Positions 10,038-19,733 of a stretch of 64,000 nt of DNA are shown piece after piece. Below the pieces are notes generated by a model. The model did no database searches and had not been told where the DNA came from. It worked only from the letters and a program-made list of their open reading frames with translations. A program made the position numbers and the translations under genes. Every line of letters begins with the position of its first letter. Position 1 is the stretch's first letter. The stretch covers positions 1 to 64,000 of the IMG/VR virus record IMGVR_UViG_3300028676_000003; one strand, written 5' to 3'.

Positions 10038-10582
10038 AACATTTTATAGTATATGGGATTTTCTATCTCATAGGTGTATTTATGACATATACACTAGTAA
10101 CTGACTTCAAATTAGTCAAAAAGAACTCTTTAAAACACATTTTATTGTCATTAACAAGCTTCATTGGTGCTTTTTCAGCATGTTTCTACTTCTTATTGTC
10201 CAGTTTAGGTACTGAAAAGAAGAAAAAAGAGAACATAATGCAGAAAATCGAACAAGAACTTAAGCTTTTAGCTGATATTAATCGAATTAGAAGTGAAATT
10301 TCTGCTTTTATTGATGCAAATAAGGATGATAGAGTAAAAAGTATCGGTGATAGGGTAAAGATTTGGGATGGTAGCGGTAATGTTGACAAGGTAAGTGGAA
10401 TAAAACGTGATGGAATAGACCCATTATTCAAAAACATTGGTATTGTTATCGAAACTAACTGCGAAAGAACCCTAGTACCATCATTACCATGGGAGAGTGA
10501 GAAACACTTGGACCTATTAATTGTATTCCCTGACGGGGAAGAAGTATACACCTCTTCAAATTTCGTTCAAATCATAGACTAA
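10028..10582 (+). CDS. membrane protein, PPKW-family N-terminus fused to a soluble domain
   Basis: Two TM helices, then a soluble domain. Confidence 0.7.
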   Translation: MDVKHFIVYGIFYLIGVFMTYTLVTDFKLVKKNSLKHILLSLTSFIGAFSACFYFLLSSLGTEKKKKENIMQKIEQELKLLADINRIRSEISAFIDANKDDRVKSIGDRVKIWDGSGNVDKVSGIKRDGIDPLFKNIGIVIETNCERTLVPSLPWESEKHLDLLIVFPDGEEVYTSSNFVQIID

Positions 10583-10866
10583 TGGAAGATTTTAAAGTAT
10601 ATCATTATATTATCTATATAGTAGGTTATATAATATCATACCTCTTCTTTAGACGTATCGACAATGATGCTCCTAGGACTTGGGAGAAGGTTATAAAACG
10701 AATATTTGTATCGTTAGGTAGTTGGGTTACAGTCCTTTGTGTGTTCATCATCATATTTATGATTATGTGCGGGATGATGATACAAGATTTTGGAGTTTAT
10801 TTGGAGACCACAAAGTTTATCAAATATGCTAAAAGTTTCATTAAAGAACCGCCAAAATGGATGTAA
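10582..10866 (+). CDS. membrane protein, PPKW family
   Basis: Ends EPPKWM. Confidence 0.7.
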   Translation: MEDFKVYHYIIYIVGYIISYLFFRRIDNDAPRTWEKVIKRIFVSLGSWVTVLCVFIIIFMIMCGMMIQDFGVYLETTKFIKYAKSFIKEPPKWM

Positions 10867-11081
10867 TTATTTATCTAATAGGCTACGTACTATGCTACAT
10901 AGTATTTAGATACCTACTTGTAGGAAAGGATGATAGTGACGGTTGGAGTGAAATCGGAACAGCTTTATCATTTTCAATATTTAGTTGGATAGGAGTAATT
11001 TTATGTATCATTATATTCATAATAATGGGCATACTATGGTTAGTAGACAGATTCAACATCAAACCGCCAAAATGGCTCTAA
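10857..11081 (+). CDS. membrane protein, PPKW family
   Basis: Ends KPPKWL. Confidence 0.7.
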   Translation: MDVIIYLIGYVLCYIVFRYLLVGKDDSDGWSEIGTALSFSIFSWIGVILCIIIFIIMGILWLVDRFNIKPPKWL

Positions 11082-11166
11082 GAAAAAAAAAACAAAAATA
11101 TTTGCAAAAAGACTTGCAACTATAAAACTAAAGTAGTACCTTTGTATAACATTTAAAATATAACAT

Positions 11167-12177
11167 ATGAAAACTGAGTTAACTCAAGAAGAAAAAGATT
11201 TAATACCAGTAATTGAGAAGAAATGGATTGACCTTGCTCTCGTTAAAAACGTAGACGGTATCGATAAACCATTATTTGAAAAAGGAATCAATTGGTTGTA
11301 TGACCGCTTCCTTAAATTACCAAATCCACAAGTCGTGTATTGTGATGGTTTAATTGAAGCACTTATCAAGATTACTCTTGTTAAGGATTACGACAAAGAA
11401 TTGGAAGACTATAGCCCTGATATGGTCCAAAAATTCTACGACAAAGAATTGGATGAAGAATTCATTTCTAAGGTTCGTGCGAATTATTCGTTAAAATCTT
11501 CTTACTGTGGATGGAGTAACTTTGGATGGGTATCATTCTATGATTACTTCACTGAAATTAAAGTGGTTGATAACCCTGATTTCAATCAGTACAAAGAAAT
11601 TATCCAATCTAATGTGTTTGAAACATTCGAATTTGAACATGTGGTATTTGCGGTACAGCCACCAATTAAAATCGTGAAAAACGACAACAACCAATTACAC
11701 AATCCACTAGGAGCGTCAATTGAGTTTATCGATGGAAGTAAATTCTACTACATCAATGGTCGTGAAATCGATGGTGAGTTAATCACTAAAGGATTTACAA
11801 AAGAACGTTTCATGACTGAAACTAATGAGGACATTCGTGGTGCGATGTATACTATCATTGAAGGAAAAGGTGGAGAAGGAGCAATGCTTGACTTCTTAGG
11901 AGCCTATGAGTTTGATAACGATGTTATCACACACCAAAACGGGGATAAAGAGATATTAACTCTTTACAGAACCACAGAAACGTTCTCTGAACTACAAGAC
12001 ATTAATGGTAAACGTGATGTTCCATTATGTTGGTTAAGATTGGTTTGCCCATCAACTGGTCAAAATTATTTGATTGCAACAGACCCTTCTTTCGAGAAAG
12101 CTGTAGACGCTATCAAGTTCCACAGACCCGAAGATGTACCTTTTGATTTAGATTATACTTGGATGAGTAGAAGCTAA
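11167..12177 (+). CDS. DUF6745-type protein
   Basis: GWVSFYDYF, LHNPLGASIEFIDGSKFYYING and LRLVCPSTGQNY motifs; promoter box 11137-11144. Confidence 0.65.
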   Translation: MKTELTQEEKDLIPVIEKKWIDLALVKNVDGIDKPLFEKGINWLYDRFLKLPNPQVVYCDGLIEALIKITLVKDYDKELEDYSPDMVQKFYDKELDEEFISKVRANYSLKSSYCGWSNFGWVSFYDYFTEIKVVDNPDFNQYKEIIQSNVFETFEFEHVVFAVQPPIKIVKNDNNQLHNPLGASIEFIDGSKFYYINGREIDGELITKGFTKERFMTETNEDIRGAMYTIIEGKGGEGAMLDFLGAYEFDNDVITHQNGDKEILTLYRTTETFSELQDINGKRDVPLCWLRLVCPSTGQNYLIATDPSFEKAVDAIKFHRPEDVPFDLDYTWMSRS

Positions 12178-12221
12178 TTCGAAAAGGAAAAATAAGAATA
12201 ACACAAAAAAACATTTTAAAA

Positions 12222-12608
12222 ATGGAAAAATTAAATTTCGACGGTGCGTTTCAAGCGCATCAAGGTGACGTACAACTTCACTCTTTAGCACAGTTACCAT
12301 CAAACGTAACAAAAGTGACTAAAACATTTTTCGCTAAATCAGAAAAATCAGGACATGCTCACGCATTGTGTGGTGACTATGAGTTATACGAAAATGAATC
12401 AGGTACACAGTTCGTTGTAGTTGGTAGTGATGGTGCAACATTGAACCACACAGGGTATCAAAACCTTACTCCTGAGTATTGGAACACTAACGCAGTGCTT
12501 CCTGTGGCTGACCACAAGCCTACAATCCTTAAAGCAGGTATCTACCACGTTGGAATCCAACGTAGAATCGACCCGTTCAAAAGCGTTTGGGAGAAAGTTC
12601 TTGACTAA
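12222..12608 (+). CDS. conserved partner of DUF6745 (QGDV / GHxH protein)
   Basis: HQGDV...SEKSGHAHAL...HKPTILKAGIYHVGIQRRIDPF. Confidence 0.65.
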   Translation: MEKLNFDGAFQAHQGDVQLHSLAQLPSNVTKVTKTFFAKSEKSGHAHALCGDYELYENESGTQFVVVGSDGATLNHTGYQNLTPEYWNTNAVLPVADHKPTILKAGIYHVGIQRRIDPFKSVWEKVLD

Positions 12609-12615
12609 ATCAAAC

Positions 12616-12642
12616 AAAACCCTACTTCGGTAGGGTTTTTTT
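12616..12642 (+). terminator. intrinsic terminator
   Basis: AAAACCCTAC-TTCG-GTAGGGTTTT followed by a T run. Confidence 0.85.
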
Positions 12643-12655
12643 ATTAAAAGACAAT

Positions 12656-13917
12656 ATGAAATTAGGTAAAAAGAAATCTCAAAAGATTATTGACAAGCTT
12701 GATGATAAAATATATTCCAAAATTGACAATAAGATTTTCAAAAAGGTCAAAGGAAAACAATTCGGCATGGTTCAAGATAAACTGAATAGCGTTTATGAAT
12801 TGGGTTGGAATGCTGACATAGAAACAATTCAAGAATGAAATTAGGTAACGAAACACATAGTACTTTAAAACCTGAAATTAGCTATATGTGGGGCTTTATC
12901 AGGGAAGTTAAAGATTTAAAAATTGATATCAATTTAACAATAAGATTATTTGGTGATTTTGATGGAAATATTATAACTTTTCCAAAATCATTTTCCGAAG
13001 TATAAGTAAATTAATTTAGATAATGAATTTAGGAAGAAGAATAGATGAAACACTAGCACATGTTCTTGGACGTGTTATATTCACGGCAGTTGACGATAAG
13101 ATTTTCAACGCACTAGAAATAGATGATTACGAAAAAGCCAATGAGAATTTCCATAAGCTTGATTTATTTGATGATGTGGCTGACAGCTTAAATATTTTAT
13201 GGGAATGAAACTAGGTAATACAAAAAGTGAGAAAACTAAAGATGATATTTTTAAACTTTGGCTTATATGTAGAGATAGTCGTAACGAAGTAATAACTAAT
13301 AGTTTATCAAACCATGTACTTGTTTTAATAAATCATAATATATCACGTAAATTATTCAAACTAAATGAAATTAGGAATTAGTAAAAAGCTAGATACTTGG
13401 GGAGAAGGAGCTAGAATCGAAAATAAGATGAATAACTTAATAATCAAGTCTGTAAGTCAAACAATGCTTGCAAGGGTTGTTCATGGTGTAAAAGAGAAAA
13501 TTGAAGATAATCTATTTGATTTATTGGAAGTATGATACTAGGAGAACACATAAGAAATAATGTAGCAGAACTTGTTGAGAAGATAAGAGACGGTGTAAGA
13601 GCTGAATCAAATCGAAGAACCAATGTAAGTACTAAATTAAAGGTGTCAGGAATAATAGGTAATACAAACGAAGCAGTTTTACAATTTGAATTTCAATACA
13701 GATATACATTATGAAATTAGGTAAACCAATTGATAACTTATTTATGAATGGAAAGCTTGAGGGTCTTCAAACCCGACTATACAACAAGCTTAAGAAAGAA
13801 GTAGGAAAGAAGCTATATTTAGATATTGAAGGAACTATTTTTGATAACATATATGGTGAAAGTGTAGAAATTTACAATGAAGTTGAAGATTATTTCATGT
13901 ATTATTTGGTAGTTTAA
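12656..13917 (+). repeat. MKLG microprotein array, block A (7 coupled micro-ORFs)
   Basis: Starts at 12656, 12835, 13023, 13205, 13365, 13532, 13711; all ATG-NNN-YTA-GG. Confidence 0.9.
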
Positions 13918-13967
13918 AATATTATACATACCTTTGTAGAAGAAAATTAATAACTAAATTAAAATCT

Positions 13968-14534
13968 ATGGAATTTTTCAGTTTAAAGTATGTTGGTCTA
14001 ACAGACTATTCTCCAAAAGGTATCATTCAATGGGCCATCTTCAACAGTAAATGGTTACTATTACCGTTCTTGATGAAGTTGATATGTTCATTGGTTATGC
14101 TTGGATGGGAATACTGTTTCCACTCTGATGTATCAGCAGAAGAAGTAATGCACATCTTGCACGGTGTCGATATCGTAATGATTGCTTATTTGGTTCGCAT
14201 GATTGTAATTGGGTTATATAACTCGGCAATCGACAAATCACATAAGGAACTTGGTGAGAAGATATCATCAGGATTGCTTAAGATTAAATTATCAACATCT
14301 ATCATGGGTGTCTCATCAATCCACTTGTTACAATCTTTCATGCAGTTGCACGAAATGACTGATAAGAATTGGTTTATCATCAGTGTAAGGATTGGACTTC
14401 AAGTACTTATTCACTTGGTATTCATTTATGGTTCACATATCTTAGCTAAGATGGAGTATCTACATGACCTTGGTGAGTCTATTCACAAGGAAGAACATGA
14501 CGAACACGAACAAACAGAAACACACGACCACTAA
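13968..14534 (+). CDS. YqhA/UPF0114-family membrane protein
   Basis: LKIKLSTSIMGVSSIHLLQSFM and VDIVMIAYLVRMIVIG resemble the YqhA pattern; own promoter at 13929-13936. Confidence 0.7.
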   Translation: MEFFSLKYVGLTDYSPKGIIQWAIFNSKWLLLPFLMKLICSLVMLGWEYCFHSDVSAEEVMHILHGVDIVMIAYLVRMIVIGLYNSAIDKSHKELGEKISSGLLKIKLSTSIMGVSSIHLLQSFMQLHEMTDKNWFIISVRIGLQVLIHLVFIYGSHILAKMEYLHDLGESIHKEEHDEHEQTETHDH

Positions 14535-14722
14535 TGGCAAAAACAAAAACACCTACAGAACACTTGGTAGTAATCGTTCATAAGAAGGGCGAAGTACCAC
14601 CAAAGTTATATGACTGTCCTATTGGTGAAAGGACGAAAGAAGACGCAATATTGCAATCACAAAAAATTTATGAAAAAACTTATGGTACGAAAGATTATCA
14701 GTGGCATTACTTTGCTCATTAG
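14534..14722 (+). CDS. hypothetical protein
   Basis: 62 aa, TAATG coupled. Confidence 0.6.
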   Translation: MAKTKTPTEHLVVIVHKKGEVPPKLYDCPIGERTKEDAILQSQKIYEKTYGTKDYQWHYFAH

Positions 14723-15140
14723 TATTTTATTACTAACTGTATCGTGTAATCAACACATCAAAAAAAGTGTCTTTAAGACAAAAGACGGTAAAGGGTATGT
14801 CTACCAAGACACTGACGACCTATTATGGTATTACATCGTTTACAACCAATCAAATGGTATGTATGAAGTAAGCCCTGTAAACGGAACGCCCGACTTCGAT
14901 GCAAGTTCAAGCGTAAGCCTTGACTTATCATCAGCAAACACAAGCGACTTCGCAAGTGTATCAGAAAGCATGTCAGAAACTACAGGTGAATCAGGAGAGG
15001 CAAGTGCTGACAATGATGCCAGTGGTGAAGGAATGTCAGAATCAACTGGTGAATCAGGTGACGGTGGCGGTGAATCGACTGGTACTAGTGATGCAGGGTC
15101 CGATGGTGGTGGCTCTGATGGTGGCGGTGGTGGAGAATAA
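14670..15140 (+). CDS. putative lipoprotein with Gly/Ser/acidic disordered tail
   Basis: Signal ending LLTVSC; tail SESTGESGDGGGES...GGGGE. Confidence 0.7.
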   Translation: MKKLMVRKIISGITLLISILLLTVSCNQHIKKSVFKTKDGKGYVYQDTDDLLWYYIVYNQSNGMYEVSPVNGTPDFDASSSVSLDLSSANTSDFASVSESMSETTGESGEASADNDASGEGMSESTGESGDGGGESTGTSDAGSDGGGSDGGGGGE

Positions 15141-15164
15141 CCACACCTAGATAAAAGATATATA

Positions 15165-15211
15165 AAATCCCAATGAACATTTGTTTTATTGGGATTTTTT
15201 TTGTACCTTTG
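15165..15211 (+). promoter_or_regulatory. terminator hairpin overlapping the promoter for array block B
   Basis: AAAATCCCAAT/ATTGGGATTTT inverted repeat; TACCTTTG 15204-15211. Confidence 0.75.
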
Positions 15212-15215
15212 TTTT

Positions 15216-18200
15216 ATGGAATTAGGTAAACGTATAAATCGACACATACCAAGTGACTTTACTGATACAGTAATGATTACTCTTGATGATATAATCATGC
15301 GGATAAGTGTTGCAGGTAAGTCTTCTATTGATGTAAGTGGTTTAAGACTTAGCCCATTTTTATTTACATTATTTAGAAACATATCATTATGAAATTAGGT
15401 GAAAATATAAACAAACATGTACCAAATTATTTTACAGATGTGGTTATTGTTACATTTGCTAATAATACAATAATTAGCTTAGGTGTTAGAGGGAAATGTA
15501 AAATTAGAGAATTAAACCTTGACAGTTATATGTTTAGAATGTTTAGGGGTAAATTATTATGAAATTAGGAAGCACCAAGAAAGAAACAATAATGTATTTT
15601 ATTGATTTAGTCAATAAAAATTCATTCAAGGTAGCCTATGCTAGACTTGATTGTAGTATTCCTATATTCAATCAGGTAAGCCAAGGTATTAACATTATAA
15701 GAACATCAAGAGACAATGAACTTAGGTAAATTTAAATCAGCACCAAACATAAGAATCGCTATGGATATGATTCAGCGAAACCTTCAAAACAAATACATTG
15801 TTAATACTGGTGGTTTTGTACATAAGTACATGCCTAATCGTATGGGAGAAGTTATGCAAGAACGTTACACCTTATTGATATCTGATGATTCTAGGTGAGC
15901 CAAGAAGAGACAAATTGGATAAAAGTATATCAAATGATATAAGTTTTCCAATTATACAGAAAGGTCGAGAGACCTTAGAGTATGAACTATGGTCTAAAAT
16001 CAAAAATGACCTTGGAATTAAGGTAATGGATTCAACACCAAGAGTAACAAAGATTTATAACAAAATAGATATATGAGAAAACTTATACAAATAGGTAAAC
16101 CACTTCAACGAAAGTTTAATAATACTATGACTAATAGATTGTTAACTAGACTTAGTAATCGTGTTGAAAAAGACCTTGCATTTCCGTTGATTGAAGATTT
16201 AGTTAATAGCTACAAAACAGAGGATATAAGCGATTTTATGTCTTTATATATTAAAGTAAAACACGTAAATGCAGATGGATTTATTGGATGGTCAGCAGGT
16301 AGAGGTGTCGATGTTGGGCATGTCTTTGACGAATAGAACACGTCCCTTAAAAATTCACATACAACAAACAATATCTCATAAATGTGTTGATATTATTGGT
16401 GTGAACACCTACAACGATGTTAATGTTATTTTAACAAATCGGGTTATCCGAGCGGTTAATTTCGAAATCCGTAAAATACGTAAACCATGAAACTAGGGAA
16501 TAAAACAGATGTAAATACCGTAACTAATGCTTTACATGAGCTTAAGTGGGATATTGTTTGGGATGCTGTTGCGAAAGAAACAGGACTTGATAATATGGGA
16601 ACAGTGAGTGAAGCGATTTGGGATAAGATAGACGATGAATTATTCTTTGATTTTTATTATATTGACTCAATAAATCCAACATATCCATGAAATTAGGTAA
16701 ACAAAGAAGTAATCCAATTCGTTCACTTATTCAGTCTCTTGCTTATACAAAGTTTTGGGATGAAAGTTTTAGTGCTACAAAACCTGAGTTATGGAATGAT
16801 ATAAGCAGAAAGACTTGGGATAGAGTAAACAATGAAATAATTCCAATATCAGTTAGGAGTGAAATTAGGTAAACCAATACAAGATATAGTCACTAAGGCG
16901 GTTAAAAATCTATGTTACTATAAGTTATGGAATGATACCACAGCTGTAACTGACCGTGATTTATGGGAAGACTTAGCTGTTAGGATGTGGGATAACGGAT
17001 TTAATATAGAGATAAGTGAAATTAGGTAATCCAATAGGACAATATAAACATGTAACAATGCTGAATAATTTAGCGTTGTCAATCAGATGTAATGATGAAG
17101 ACTATGATATAGCTGATATTGTATTATGGGAAGGTGTAAAACAAGCAATAGGAAATGGAGAAGTTAGTCTTAGGAGAATTTATAGGGGTTAACCTAACCA
17201 AGCTTATAAATAAAAATCAATTGGATATGGATAAAATACTCTATTTGAAGGTTAATAACCTTGATTTTGATAACGTATTCAATGACATTTATAATAGCGT
17301 AACAAGAAACATTCAATTCAGACACTTGATTGAGGAACATATCTTGTATGACAGAGAACAAAGAGATGCAGTTAATCAAATGTTACCTTTTTAATATGGA
17401 ACTAGGAGATACAATATACTACGAAATGCGAAATAAGATATCAGATAATATTTGGTTTGTACTTGCAGATGAGAACTTGAACATTCAAACCGAAATTGGT
17501 AATGAAATTAATGAAGAAATTTGGGAAAAACAAATCATTTTTCCTAGTAGAGGTGAAATGATTTAATATGAAATTAGGTGAAAGACAACTAACAAAAATA
17601 CTAATAATCAATGATGTTAACACAATAATTAATATTGATTTGCGTCGAATATATTATAACGAAAGAATTAATTTCACTGGTAGTACGCTTCTAGGGAATT
17701 TAAGAATTATTAATTTAACTTGGAGTATACGTGAACTTAGGTAAAAGTAAATCAGAGAATTTTGAAGATTTAAATAAAGAACATAAGAAAGACTTACATG
17801 AGAATATTAAGGTTTCTCTTGATAGAGTATGTCTTGATTATTGGGATGATTGGGATAGATGGGCGTCAGGACCCGTAACACAATTAATAAAGGGAATTAG
17901 ACCAAGAGTATATGAATTTAGGAAAACAAATAGACAGCGTTGATTATCGAAATAATGTTCTTATATCGATAAACAATATGGAACAACAAATAAATGCTCC
18001 TAAGTATGATTATGTTCATGGATGGGGGCCTTGGGCTGACCTTGATTGGTTTGTTGATATATTTCATTCAGATTTTAGAGTATGGATTTAGGTATTTCAC
18101 AAGCAAATAAACTATCAGATATTGATAATGAAGGGAGATTTACATTCAGCGAATCAAGTAGATTCAGAATAAAGCTTAGACAAGAGTATTGTGATAAAAG

Positions 18201-18966
18201 GTATAGTGAAGGAGTTTTTATTACAGCAAATTTTAATTTTGTTGACTTAAATATACAAATAAATGAAATTAGGTAATCATACAAGAGAAACATTCTATAC
18301 AGTCCATCATATTTGGGCTAAGTTGCTTGAACGCAATAAGAATGAACGTATAGCTCTAACGCTTTGGAGAAACGTTAATAATTCAACTAATGATAATATA
18401 AGTCTTCAATTGGCTCCATATAAAATAAAACGAGTATGATACTAGGTAATAAGGTTGAATACAAGCCATATAGCGGAATTGGTTGTTATACTAGGGTTTA
18501 TATAAATGGTTTTATGCATAGTCTTATACATAGAATTGTATCAATTAAAGTAACCAGTAGACTAACATTAGGACTACAAAGGATTAGTAACAATAGAATC
18601 ATAATCAATGAAATTAGGTAGACACTTATACGATGTAACGGCAAGTGAAGGTGCTGGAAACATGCAGACTTTCTTCATGATGTATACCTATGGTAAGCTA
18701 GAAACTAAATTGGCTAATTGGATGTATGCTAGAATGATACGAGGTTATGGTAATACGTTACCAATAAATTATAAAGTACTATGGACATGGGGAAATTGGG
18801 ATTAGGAGAGCCGAGGTCGGTAAGTTTAGAACATGACGTAAGGAAACTATCAAACCATATGTTTGACTTGGTATATGATGTTAAACTAGAACACAGACCG
18901 TTCGTAAATACTAACGCTAAGATTAGACGAAATCTAATTGATGTGAGAAATTTACAAGTAAAGTAA
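15216..18966 (+). repeat. MKLG microprotein array, block B (about 21 micro-ORFs)
   Basis: Starts at 15216, 15389, 15559, 15716, 15885, 16073, about 16320, 16487, 16687, 16859, 17016, 17155, 17396, 17568, 17731, 17912, 18082, 18263, 18436, 18608, 18796. Confidence 0.9.
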
Positions 18967-19032
18967 AACTTTTTATCAAATAATTTGGTATATTGAATTA
19001 TTATACATACCTTTGTTAAAAATAAATCAGAT

Positions 19033-19239
19033 ATGAGAGCATTAGTTTGGATTCTTTTATTCATTATACAAGTTATTACTGGCGCAATGACCATTTGTAC
19101 TTGGATTCTTTGGGTAACAAGCTTCCCAACAAAAACAGATATGTTTTATCCTTGTTTTGCATCATTTATTATCTGTAGCTTAGCGTTTATTATTAATCAA
19201 TTCCTGCAACATACGTGGGATAATTACAAAGACAATTAA
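19033..19239 (+). CDS. small membrane protein
   Basis: Two TM helices; promoter box 19008-19015. Confidence 0.7.
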   Translation: MRALVWILLFIIQVITGAMTICTWILWVTSFPTKTDMFYPCFASFIICSLAFIINQFLQHTWDNYKDN

Positions 19240-19242
19240 ATT

Positions 19243-19659
19243 ATGAAAGATTTACAAAGTTTCATTACGGATATGGTTCGTATTGAAGAAATTGAGTCAG
19301 TTCAAGCATTTGGACACTACCCATTTCAATTAATGTCAGAGGGGTCTGATGATTCGTTAACTCTTGCCGTGCTTGACTTAGGTGATGTAATACCTTGCTA
19401 CAAGATATTTGCTGAACACTTAGCGAAGGGTGCCAAAAGAATCTATATGTCTATTGACTTTCCTGCGGGTGGTGACTTAGCAGAAGACTTCGTTGCTGTA
19501 TTCCAATACGAAAACGAAACCTTTAATGTTGTAGCGTTGCCATATGATGCTGAGGGAACACAATCTCCACAAGTAACAACTGAACAAAGCGTTCACTTAA
19601 GTGAACTCAAAACTCAGTTTGAAACGATTGTTAAAACTTTCATTAAGCAAGAGGCTTAA
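19243..19659 (+). CDS. hypothetical protein
   Basis: 138-aa ORF. Confidence 0.75.
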   Translation: MKDLQSFITDMVRIEEIESVQAFGHYPFQLMSEGSDDSLTLAVLDLGDVIPCYKIFAEHLAKGAKRIYMSIDFPAGGDLAEDFVAVFQYENETFNVVALPYDAEGTQSPQVTTEQSVHLSELKTQFETIVKTFIKQEA

Positions 19660-19680
19660 TATCAATCAAAAGAAAAGTTA

Positions 19681-19714
19681 AGGGATAATCTGATTAGTTG
19701 GATTATCCCTTTAT
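19681..19714 (+). terminator. probable terminator hairpin
   Basis: AGGGATAATC/GATTATCCCT followed by TTATT. Confidence 0.65.
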
Positions 19715-19733
19715 TATATTTAACCAATTAGCT

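Noticed and set aside
19698-19733. TTG start at 19698 for the 92-aa ORF
   Set aside because: It lies inside a terminator hairpin; the ATG at 19734 gives the MLLG array start.
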